From Catajapyx aquilonaris (taxonomy: Eukaryota), in NCBI GenBank assembly GCA_000934665.2, contig JYFJ02001842.1, positions 1 to 64,000 on the forward strand: a stretch of DNA of 64,000 nt. Direction: 5' to 3'. This document shows positions 12,601 through 24,800 of the stretch, piece after piece. Positions within the stretch are counted from its first letter, which is position 1. Each line of letters opens with the position of its first letter. Both the position numbers and the translations under genes were made by a program. Below the pieces are notes generated by a model, which saw nothing but the letters and a program-made list of their open reading frames with translations, searched no databases and was not told the origin of the DNA.

Positions 12601-12960
12601 TGTCCGAGACCAGCTGAGATTTCACTGCAGGCTTTAATGCTGAAAAGCACGCCGATGGTGTTGAGACGTAGTTGACCACGTTGTCCATAGTGTCAATTTG
12701 ACTTGAGGGTAGTTCGTTGTATTGCTGTTTCTTTTTACTTGGGTCCGTGTTACTGTCAGTGTCAGACCGTATCGCCATCTAAAGACAATCAAAATGAAAG
12801 TTACTAATAGATCTGTGTTTTCAACAATACAGTATTAGGCAATGCAAGAAAACTAAAAATATAAAAGTCTTACCTCTACAACTTTTGCAGATTTTGTGCG
12901 TGACTTTTGCAGGTTGCCTGATGATTTATGTAGAATAGTTTTAGATGTTGGCTCAGTCAT
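9677..12960 (-). CDS. Orphan low-complexity (S/E/K/P-rich) protein with 31-aa repeats and a C-terminal hydrophobic segment, 8 exons, ~731 aa
   Basis: Exons 12960-12874, 12778-11432, 11153-11088, 11004-10891, 10703-10620, 10544-10446, 10141-9980 and 9913-9677 are each a multiple of 3 and bounded by GT-AG, giving one open frame. Ends 'VQTLIGVIILSVIVAHYLSTSE*'. AATAAA on minus at 9621-9626. Confidence 0.7.
11725..12012. repeat. Coding tandem repeat, 93-bp unit, about 3 copies
   Basis: GGCATGCTTCCTGATGATGGCAGGTTTGAAGCCA recurs at 11727, 11820 and 11913. Encodes ASNLPSSGSMPEEKVAKEGVSEEKMP(K/E)NTPM on the minus strand. Confidence 0.95.
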
Positions 12961-15900
12961 AGCTGAAGATTAACACAAAAATTTGGTAGGTCTGAAAGAA
13001 TAGTGTTTGTACTGAATTTTGTTGCTATGGAACTAACACGTCAACAAAATAGTCAACAACAGCGTTATTGTGTGAATTTGGAAGAAAATTATGGGGAAAT
13101 TTTACTTGCAAACTGCTTGTAAAACTACAAAAATGTAGCTAAGTTCACGCCCGCTGAAAGAAATTAATGGGGTAATACAGTATATTGTGCAAGGCATATG
13201 GCACATTAATATTTAAAACAATTGCCCACATACAATATGACTGTATGCCTGAAGGTGACCAGCACAATCTTTTATAATAATTTGGTGCATGATGCTGTTT
13301 AATAAAAATTTATAAAAAGTATTTGTAACATCAGATTACAGGATGCCACGATGTATAGCCTAGAGTTATTGTGAGAGTGATTTTACCTTTGGTGATTAAC
13401 TAAAATAATCAGAGTAAGAAAATATAAATGATTCGTGTTGTTTAGTCTATGCGTACTTATTTTAAATCATTCATACTTAAACGTATTTGCTTTACTTTTA
13501 CACCACGGTAAGATTGCATTATCTGTAAAGTTTTGATGGCATGTTGTATAATATTTTGTTGGTTTGCATTATTTCATTGTTTCCAATATTGTTTGGTAAA
13601 TAAACAACAACTGTAAAATTCAAGACATCATTGCAACAATCGGAGCTTTGAATGTGGCCTTTGAATAGTCGTCTACATTTTATTGATTCCTTGATTGCCA
13701 AGCGGTATTGCAGAGTCGACAACAGCTTGTTGAGTAATTCTTTCTGACATTGAAGGGAGTATGGGATAAATTAGGAGAGGAGGAGGCAGGGAAAATAATA
13801 CTAATGAACATTTGAGTAACAACAGAAACGATAATTTTTGGGCGGATTCACATGCCTGCTTCAAATGTAAGTGGAAACATTGAAAGTATATATTATGCTT
13901 TTCGGTACTCCATGGTTGGAAATGATCGGACGGTTGCGATGTTTCTTTCAATTTTGTGCAGTATGCAATATTACTTTCGAGTGCAAATGACCCATTCACA
14001 CTGCAGCCAGAGTGGCGACTCAACGATTGGGAAACGCTGCCTTACCTTTATGATGCGTTATTTACTTACTTGCAAACGCAATCAGAAGAATGGGCAGTAT
14101 AGTCGTGCAGAAAGACACACGACACATTGTCATTCTGGGAATTAAAGTGTCATTATTTCCACGCAACATTTGAAGGTAGCATTTAGCTCACCTAAAGTTA
14201 ATTAAATGCTTCAGCAGATTGTTGACGCAAATGGACTAGGAGATACCATCTATTCTCATGTTGCATCATGGAAAGGTTCGTGTAATCAGTGTAATGCTTT
14301 TGGAAGTACCCGCAATATTTACTTGCTACAGAACCGTATACCTGTATAGTCTAGCAAAATCATTATTTTCCGATAAAAATGACAAAAATTATATTGCTTC
14401 ATGTCTGCGAAACAATAATTACCGGTGCTAGACTTTTTTTTGCCACCTTGGAAATGTTCCTTCCTTAAAAAGATAGGCAAGACTTTGCTTATATACAGTG
14501 AGTACAGTTGCCAACAGATGGCGAGAAGCTTCGTGTGCAAAAATCTTTCGCGAATTTCTCCGCGAAAAACCTTGTCTGCAAAAATCCTGTATCATGCAGG
14601 TAATCTGGTGCTATTGACCTTTACGTCATGTGAACTGGAAGCGTACCCAAGTACAGTTTTTTCTTCTTCTTACCAACTGTGACGCAGGTTCTGTTCCCAG
14701 CACTCAACGTTTTCCTTCAAAGCATTGAAAATAATATTACAGGCAGCACTATAATATGCAATGTGGATAAACATTTTAAAGGCAACTCAACGCCTATACT
14801 TTTATATGTCGAATAGCGTTGAATATAATGCATGGGTGCTGGGTATATGATAATTTTTTTTGCCGCATTGAATCAAGCTTTACCGTATATGCATACAGCT
14901 GAAAAATTCGCATGAGGCTCATATTATGCACACTTGCAGGCAATTGTAATAACTTGCCACGAGAGATATACCCTGAATAATTATAATATTGTCCCATAAG
15001 TTTGCGTGACGGCAGTCGTTTCCTCCCGTAGGTAGCACAATATTTGCATGCTTTATAAGCAGCGGATAAAGATCATGTCCATTCATAATGCGTCATGTGA
15101 AAGAAGTCAGGGACATTTTTTGTGCCCTTTTGCAAGATTTTGCATGCGTCGACGTAACCGCCTTTGTCGTCAAACCTGCACATGTTGGCCTGATTTTAGC
15201 ACTCAGGGGACCCTACCTGAAGTATATGAACACCTGAAATCATAGAAGAACAGAACTATTATACACACTATATAGTGATTTGATGATATCGATGGGGGTA
15301 TTAAGTTTAATGATTTGATTGCCTACTTCTATAGTTTCCATTTTTCCAAGCATTTCTCAAGGGTGCTGCATATAATTGATTTATGACAAACTGACGCGAC
15401 GTGACCCTCAGAATAACTACACATATACCGTACACGACAAACAGGAAATTACGCAACGTCTAACTCGGTCTAACTCATTATAACGACCAAAACAAGACTC
15501 GAACTGTTTTGCATTTCTGGTCTCTTTAAATGAAATAATTCCCAACCATGTGTGATCAGTAAAACATGATGCTTTAGTAAGACTGTGATGTCGTATATGT
15601 CCGGATCTAAAGTCAACTTTAGACTTATGCAGTCGCAGCGCTAGTACTGTACACCGCTCAATACGTACACGCATAGAACTTAGACCTTGGAGCAACTCAT
15701 AGATAATAGAAACTAATGTACTGTACACGCGATATATGCCAACAACCGCCATGTAAAAAAGAATCACAGCAACGGCTCTAGAGCACTGTGCGCAGTTCTC
15801 CCACAGTGAAATCACGGTATTTTTTGCACGTCGGTGACACAATTGAAATCGTGTCATAACTATAATTTGTTCCTAATAACCAGCGACCTGTTTACGGACC

Positions 15901-17419
15901 TTTGGCGTGACCGTAGAAAACAGGAAGAAGCTGCGCTAACTCACAGTGTCAGTTTTCTACAAGCCTAAACCTATTTTTTGCCCAATGCAAAGCAATTCTA
16001 TAGTGTCATAATGTGCTAGAAACTCGACGACAAATTTTATCCCATTTTCTAATAGGCTGTTGCATTATGAAAAGACGAATAGTCGACTGGAAAATCGAAA
16101 ACGCGACACTATACTAATATCAGAATAAGATTAATGCTTGGAAATAACCTGTTGATACTCAACATCTGTAAGCCCATCAGTTATATAGCGTGCTACTTTT
16201 TCCATGATTATAGTCTCTTATTGTGGCATTATCATTTCTTACTCCAATGAATGTGGGAGAATGTCTCTTCGTGACTCCACCAATGAGGCACTTTCCACTA
16301 TTCAAGAGAGTGGCCTCGAGTTTCTCAACCCAGCCTTCAACACAATCAGCAATGCCCCTTTGTTTTTAATCAACTTCCATCAGGTTGTAAAATGGTGTAA
16401 AATGTGAAAATCCTAATTTTTGTGAAAACCCTAATATCACTGACCTGCCCCAAGAGGGTCAGTTTTGCGCAAATTAACCGGAATTGACCGGTTGGCTATC
16501 AAATGCAGGTAAGAAAATCGACAAAAAAAGGGTTACATGGTATGTCGAAAGAAGCAGACCTTGAGTACGGATCTGCGAATCAGTTTTTTTTTAAATATAT
16601 ATATTTCTCAGCAACCTGATGACGTCGGTCTAAGATGAAATAGAGATTGGCAGCAGAGCATCCGGAGGATTCGGTTTTTCTATGGTGGCTTCCCTTTTTA
16701 GCCACTATGTACGACTTCTTCTTTTCTCCCTTTTAGCGTGTTCCGCATCCAGTTTTGAAATAGAAAATCGATAGCAATGTCCTTCGTTCCAAAACTTGCT
16801 TCCATATATCCAGCATGAAAAGCGGTGCACAGGACGAAAGATAAGGGAAAAGGCGAGGAAGTCTCATCAATTCTCTTCTATATCAAGATGTACTGCCGGG
16901 AGTGGTCAATAATGCTCGTTACTTAGAGCCTGGCCAACCTGTTTTGGCCTGTTGCAATGATAGTACAGTGCAGAAAAAATTGCATCATTTATAACAGCCC
17001 CTATTATATCTTGCCATTTCCAATTTTGCAATGAGCGACCAATAGTTGAGAAATAATTTACAGTGCAAGTGAGAGGGTTTCACACGACCTCTCTGCCTGA
17101 TAATAAAAGTGCATCAAGGCTGATTCTCACATTTAGAGTTTCTCCTCTGAACAAGGTACAGCAAGTTACGTTTTGATAACTTGAAGTGTAATCTGTGCAG
17201 TATTTCATAGCCGTGCCTGTTGTTGCAAAACAGTGGCATAAACTTGACCTTCACCCCATATTTTCACCAACATCTTTGTGCGGAGAGGCTTTTTAATCAT
17301 CCCTTATCTGTCAGGGCCCATGGGTGTAAACCTATTAAGCTCCCTCGAACACGTGGCGTGACATAGTTCTCCTTGCCAACACTCACATGCGTGTTGACTT
17401 TTTCTTCTTTTCAGGTGGA

Positions 17420-17561
17420 ATGAAGCGAGTAATAATACACTTGACGGAGCCAGGAAATGAGCCAAGTTGTCTTATTGTGGTTCTCTCAAGTAGCTGCAAG
17501 TATGTGGTGGCAATTGAGGAAAGCGGCTTGTTACTACGACCCACGAGCTCCAGCTATTTAG
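17420..17561 (+). CDS. CERK: Candidate alternative first coding exon of ceramide kinase
   Basis: Strong acceptor TTTTCTTCTTTTCAG|17415, ATG at 17420, open 47 codons + 1 nt to TAG|GTCATG. Phase 1 matches the 20333 acceptor. A possible upstream UTR donor CAG|GTAAGA lies at 16508. Confidence 0.45.
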
Positions 17562-18239
17562 GTCATGGATAGCTGGTTAGACAACCCTTAGTGGCTTATT
17601 CTTTTTCTTTTCCAGTGATCTCGTAGAAAGGAGGCGAAGAGAAAGGCAGCTAAACCGTGTTGAAAGCATATTATGTTGTATGTACAGTTAGTATACTAGC
17701 GCTAGGCTTTGCGTGTGACAAAAAGGACGGGTCATGATTTCCTACCAGGATGTGGTGCTCGGATTGGTATGTGTATCGCATGAGTGCACGTCAAACGATT
17801 CCTGGAAAATTCGCTGGGCACCGTGAATTACAGCAACGCACAGAAACTACCAAAGCTCGACTAGCACCAACTTTCATTTTAATTGCTCAATAATGGTACA
17901 CATTAACTGTTGCGATATCCTTCCATGATACCAAACGGTACACTGCTGTTTATAACGGAAATGGAAGGCAAACTACCATTCGGAGATGCTTTTGTATTAC
18001 CGATTTATCAGTGAAGCAATTGTTAGCAATATCTGTTTATACGTGCAGTACCGTCATACAAAATACAGAATGTAGAAAAATACATATAGGCGCAGTATAG
18101 TGTACGTAGTCCCAATCAGTTTTACCCAACTTCTTCGATAGAACTGGGGACAATGCACCAACCTGCATTGCTACACTAGATTTAACATTACTTATTTAGT
18201 GTATACAGTGCGCAGCATATGGCCCGTCGTCAAACTGTC

Positions 18240-18610
18240 TCCGGAGGCAATGACGTCAATGCATTATACACGTCCGTCAGCAGCCCTGTTATTTAATGAC
18301 ATTTGGCCAATTCACCTACGCAAAATGGTAACGCACGTATTGGGGTACGCCCTCGGGCTATGTGCTCATTTATTTTTAAACACCTCGCAATTAATTATAG
18401 CCCCGGATTATCGGCATGGGATTAGGTGTGCCGGATGCTGGGTACGTCATCAGCCCACATTTGACGCGCCCGGAGTTTTATATATATATAAAGAGTATTG
18501 CCTCTCTGATCAGGGTCCGAGCCTAAATCCATATATGATCGATCTTTAATCCGTCTGTTGGGGGTGGGAAATCAGGAGATCCGGCAACAGCCGTGCGGTG
18601 ACGTCACGCC
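18240..18610 (+). promoter_or_regulatory. Putative CERK proximal promoter: TATA box, two full CRE sites, CCAAT
   Basis: TATATATATATAAAG at 18479-18493; TGACGTCA at 18251 and 18599; CCAAT at 18307. A GC-rich leader follows, up to the ATG at 18818. Confidence 0.5.
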
Positions 18611-18817
18611 CAATGGGGAGGCCTTGAGAGGGGACAGGTGTTGGCCTCGGCGGGAGGGCAGGCAGGGGGCAGCACGACGGCGGGGCTCGCTCCAGTGTCG
18701 GGGGCGGCTGATCAGTCGCACGGGGGAGGCCGAATGGTGGACAACGCGGTGTGCGGCTGCCCACAGGCGGACCCGGGTCCGGCCTGCCCCGGATAGTCCA
18801 TCCCTCCCAGAGGCAGC

Positions 18818-21800
18818 ATGGAGGAAGGTCAGGGTCGAGGGTCGCTGCCGCATGATGTGGTCAGCACCTTCGAGGCCCAGGGGCGGAGGTCCAGGCTCAT
18901 CCTCTCCAAGAAGCTGCTCACATGGGAGCAGGAAGGAACACCCTACAGTCAGTATATCATTTCCAGAAAACACTGATTTGTGTGTGTAAAAGGTTGTCCG
19001 CAAGTGCCTTTTGAATACGTGGGACTTGACACCAAATTTTCGTCTGCCGTGGCATGCTGTTCACACCCTTTTCTCACCCCACTCTTGGTTCAGCGAATTT
19101 GTGAAACACCGTTTAATTCGTTTTTCATTCATACATTACATCACAGCATTAATCGCATAATGAGGTAGCCAGCGATGACTAATACACCTAGTCACCTTGA
19201 TTAACCGCGGTCACCATTTAATGCTGCAAGGTTTTACGGAGGGAATGAAAAATGCTGGCCATTTTCATGTTAGACAGGTTTGGCTGTCATACAGAAATTT
19301 AGAAGAAATTCAATGCTGCTGATCCAACTGGATGTGTTTCCTGCGATAGACAACTGCCGTAGACAGGCCCGACTGTATTAATAAGATGGTGACCTAATCA
19401 CATTATTACGACATGTGGCATTGACCGATATTGCGCTTCTTGGGAGAATATCAGGCATAAAAACTTTGGTGCATATTGTTATCTTGCTGACCTTTGGCTG
19501 TGGCGTGAGTATTTATTTATTTATACTAGAGACTATTGATTCAAGTCATGTCCATGTGTCTAGTTGTGGGGTTATGCAATTGCTGGCTTCATTGACCATT
19601 CATGAAGTCTTCTTTCCTGCTTGTGACGATCAATTTCTGCAGGAAAGTAGTTCAAGAAATGAGAACACGAATGGGCCCAAGTTTCCTGTGGAGGTGGGAT
19701 GCTTTTTAAGGTCATCCTTGCAAGATTGGATCATGAACTGATGGCAGGCTAACCTCAATGCCACAGCTGTTGACCTTCATCAGCACATGTCTGTTAGCAT
19801 AAAACCATTTTAACATAACAGCCGCCAGACCAAAAGCTGATTGGGATTTCATATGCAGTTGTACGAATCCAGATGCAATGCTTAATGACTGCCTTTGAGT
19901 GTCTCACTGTTATGTGTAGAGGAGAAACCGGCCTGATATCCTGGCATTCGTGTTACTCATTTATAGACATTCACTACAGGTACTATCAGTCCACCAAGAA
20001 TTGTCATAGCGGCAGGGCACGAACTACAGTTACGAGCACTTCTGGGGGAAGAAGTCAATGGAGAAGTGCTCGTAGACTGTAGTTCGTGCGCTGCCGCTGC
20101 GACAATTCTTGGTGGACTGATAGTACATTATTTGTGCAGAACCTGTGACACGAGTACCATAATCTGCAACAGTAAAATGAGCATATAATTTTGGGAGTTG
20201 GGAAATGTTTGCGCACAGAGTTATGATTGCAAGTGACCAAACATTTAGAATGATAATAATCAATTCGTTTTATTTTAGCAAGATGTGACGTGTTTCGGAC
20301 TATTGAATAATGGGATCCCAATTGATTTTTAGTGTGCCACCACCTGCCCCTGGAGGAGATAGTGACAGTGGAGTGCCAGCATGATGAGGGAAGGGCCTGC
20401 TGCAAAAGTGATGAGTGGGTCAACGGTGAACTCCAGACCCGTCCCAGGCACACCAGTTTCGCAATACACTATGTGCAACACCTGACTAAACACAGGTGGA
20501 AGAGCCAGAGTGTCGTCTTTTACCACCCTGACTTCCGGCTTGTCGCCGTGTGGGTTGCCACGTTGCAGAATCTCCTCAAAGGTAAGACTGGTTCTCACAC
20601 TGCAATTTATTTTTGGCTTTGAGTCCACATGCATAATTAATAGGGATGAGGTGAGAGGTCTGCATGAAGTGCCACACCATCACACACTTACATGGGGCCA
20701 TAAATAGCTTTTAGAGGTTGTGAAACTGGACTGTGTTGTACCGTCAGACGGGGATACTTTACACAGCCAGGCCAACTTTACACAAATCGGGGGAAAAGTT
20801 TGGCTGCAGGGTGGGTGACGGCCGATGGTACCTGATTCAGTTTTATTATGCATATGCATGTTGAGTTTGGAAGTATTAATACATTGAGAGCTAAATTTGA
20901 ACCCTTGCCATGCTTTTATGACGCTGAAGGGCATGAGTACTGTACTGTAAAAAGTGTTGTGAGAATGTCTCGTGTGAGGATTACCTCTTGTGGTTGTAAA
21001 TGAAAAGTTCAGTTGGAAATTAGCTGGCTCTCTCGAAGGTAGGGAATGTTTTGAAATGTTATCAACTCTCTGTTCATTATTCCATTTGACATTATTCATG
21101 TATTTTTCATGTGTGCTGGTGTCATTAAGGAAATTGCGTTATTCAGTATAGGCACATCTTAACCACCAGGACAAACAGTTCAATTCTTAAAAACATGTTA
21201 GGACAAAAACAATTCTCAGGGTGTATGTTGCATCATAGCGAGGGAATTCTCACCGGTGAGTATCATCCCATCAGATTATTCTGCTCAAGGTCATGCTGCA
21301 ATGGTGAGAATTGTCACCTCTGGACAGAGCCTCCTGTCGACCCTGGATGTCCTATAGGGACATTCTGTGCTAAAGTTGCCCTGCTTGGTTTTCATTGATG
21401 TAGAGGGCATGTGATGCCAGAGTTTGCTTCATGTGTCAACCAAAATGAAACAGCCTATAGATGGGTCGCCGAACAAACGCAAGCAGATGGCCAATTTTAT
21501 GACAGGTCGGAATACAGTTTGTAATGTAATTCCTGTAATAAAATTGGGCACCCGCTTGCGTTCGTTCACCGACCCATCTATAGCTCCAGAGTAGAACTGT
21601 CCATATTGATAGCATAGAGAAGACCCAGTCCAGTGGTGGACATTTTCACCACTGTGTTACAGTCTTGAGCATACATACCAGGAGGCATTGAATTTGCCTC
21701 TGTTCAGCCCTAGTATGCTTATGTAAGGTGGAAGTGGGGTTTCAACATTCCTTGTGGAAGTTTTTGTATGTGTGCGTCATATGCATTGCTTCAGGAAGTA

Positions 21801-24800
21801 CCCTAGTCAGTGCCATGAATTGCAGAGAAATTGCAGGCTCAGAAATATAATATTGGTGTGGGAATGGTAATGAAAAAAATGCTAGGAAATAGGTAGACAG
21901 TGTGTTCAAAGTATTCTGGTCCTTTAGTTATCACAAATTTTGCCTGGAGTTGGTATTTTTGCATACCTCTTTGTGTCCTGATCGATGAGCCTATTATTTA
22001 GCAGCTGCTACATTCAACTACACCTGAGAATACTGGAGCATACTATGTAGAAGTACAGTAGAACCCAGATTATTATCCATCACTGTTGGGACTGGCATTA
22101 TGGTCGGAACACAAAAATGTCAGATAATAAGAGGAGCAAAACAAACAAAAAAACTTCACATGAATCACAGCAGAAAGCATGTAAAACAGTGAAATACTGC
22201 ATTATGGTGTTCTAAGAAACAGTGAAGTGTTTATTTTTTTACATTCATAGTCTACTGTCATGTATTTATCTGTAATGTACTTACAATTTTATTAAGACAG
22301 CGCAGAACAAAATACATATGTAGTACATTACAATATTTTATGAGAAAACATTTATTGCTTTTGAAAAAAGAATAATATGAGCACTGTTCTCTCGAATATC
22401 GAAATGACCAAAGAGAAAAATATCTGGTCGGAGATGGGCAGGGTTGGAGGGAGGGAGGAGGGGGTGGGATGGGTAGTTTAGAGTTTTAATTTTATAAGTT
22501 TTCATTTAGTTCACATGTGGGGTTAACTTGCATCTCTCCCTTCATTGTTGACTACCCCCTATAGGGAAATGTCGTGATGGTGGTAGTGGAAAAAAGTATG
22601 CTTTATTTTTTCTGTTTTAAAGACATCCTAGCCTTGGCTGCTAAGTCTCTCCACTTCTTTAGCCACAAAATGTCAATAGGTGTTGGAGTAGGCTGCTGCT
22701 CTATAAACTGGAGATGGGGTGTGGGATGGTTAGATGTGCCGAGGAGACAGATATTCAGAGGTTGGATAATCAGGTTCTACTGTACTTGAATAAGTAATTT
22801 GGACCATGTTGAAATAAGATGTAGAATTAATTATTCTACTTTCATAAAACTGTTGTGTGATACATGAATTTTAGGTCTCATATGAACTAACTTGAAAATC
22901 ACGAGCTTTCAGTAAAATTAATGGCTGTGCTATGGACATTTAATGGTTTCAGTTAGAAATTTGCAGAAACCTTTGATTCTTTTCAGCAGATAATAATGTC
23001 TGCAGCCTTCTTGGTGAAGTAACTGAAAGGCAGTGGGCTGATCAGTTTATCACTGAAATGCACTAACCAGATTAGATATAATAATTTAGTTTGTTGTCTT
23101 GATGCATAGCTATCCACAGGATGGTGTTATATGTTGAAGTGACATAAGTGATATTGACTTTGATTGCCACAGAGGGATAAGATGAGAAAAATGTTTCATT
23201 AATGATGCTGTACAAGGTTGTTGACACTTTTTAATCTTCACAAAAGGCATTCCATGTGATTAGAATGGATGTTTGTGTTGATGAACATATGCATCATTAA
23301 ATATTGACTGTGTTCACCTATAAATTTATTTATTTTTGCAGTGAGCTTCTCACACCGCCCCAAGAAGTTGCTGGTGTTTATCAATCCCCATGGTGGAAAG
23401 AAGAAGGGGGAGCTGCTGTATGACCGCGTGGCCCGTCCTCTCTTCCAACTGGCTGGAGTTGATACCAAAGTTGTCGTGACTGAGCGTGCCAACCATGCAT
23501 GGGACATGCTTCAGACCTGCCACCTGGACCATCTGGATGGGATTGTAGCCATGGGTGGAGATGGGATGTTCTCAGAGGTCTTTAATGGGCTGTTATTCCG
23601 GGCTATAAAGGAGAATAAGGTTGACCCTATGTCACCTGACTTTGCCCTTCCCAAGGTGTCAATTCCAGTTGGGATAATTCCATGTGGGAGTACAGACACT
23701 GTGGCATATTCCACCAATGGGACCAATGATGTAGAGACTTCGGTGTTGCACATACTGATGGGTGACACCCTTGGAATGGATGTGTGCAGTGTTCACAGTG
23801 ATACTGACCTCTTGAGGCTTGCTGTTTCCATGATATCCTATGGATATTTTGGTGATACCTTAGTGGCAAGTGAGAATCTTCGCTGGATGGGACCCAAGAG
23901 ATATGACTTTGCAGGTTGGTCTAGGAATAAATCCTGAATGAATGTATTCACATTGAGCATGTGGGCATTTCAAAATATGTTTTAAGTTGACTGGTAACAA
24001 CTGAGTGTTCGCTCTTTGAATTGTTTTTTACTGTTAGTGAAAGCCATGATTGACGGAATTTTTAAATGCTTGTTTTCAAATTCTGGGTGGTTTTGGTGCA
24101 ACAGACTTGGAGTGTAACCAGTCCACTGATGCTTGATTATTACCCTATTTAGAAGGCACAATAATACAGGTGACACTTCAAAATAATATTTTAAAGCTTA
24201 TCACTGTAGTCTACTTCATTAGTTGAGAGTTACTGGCACTATATTTCATAAGGCTGTTAAAATTCCCCAGCAAACATAATTTGTGGATAGATACTTTCAC
24301 ACTTGTCTATTAAAAATGCTATGTTTCTTCAGTAGAGATAAGATAGTAATTTGATATCTCTGATATGGTCAATATCCATTACCACTTAAGCCATATAAAA
24401 TGCATGTTAAAGTTTGACAGTTTGCATATGCACAAAGGCCTGTTTGTGACATTTTCTTATTTTTCTTATTTGTGACCTTTTCGTATAATAACCAGTTCTA
24501 GTACGAGGGTTGATTCATAAGTCATGGCGCATATTTTTTTATTTAAAAATGGTAATGCATACAGAGATGACCTTTGCTGAGTTTTGAAGATCCGGAGATT
24601 GCAATTTTATCGGGCATATAGATTCTGCCCATATCGCAAGGGGGCCAGAAAACAAAAAGGGATAGTGACCCCCTCACCACACCATCGCCCTATGACAGCC
24701 CGAATTACGCGCTTGGAGCTGTTGGACGCTCCATCCGGGACACTCGGAGATGGACAGCACAGGAGCTTGCTTTCGAGTGTCCATCGCCACAGACAGTTTT

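Noticed and set aside
18546..19003. Three ORFs of 72-143 aa in the GC-rich patch, first suspected to be a retroelement remnant
   Set aside because: Explained by the GC-rich CERK 5'UTR and the real first exon (18818-18947), which lies in another frame.
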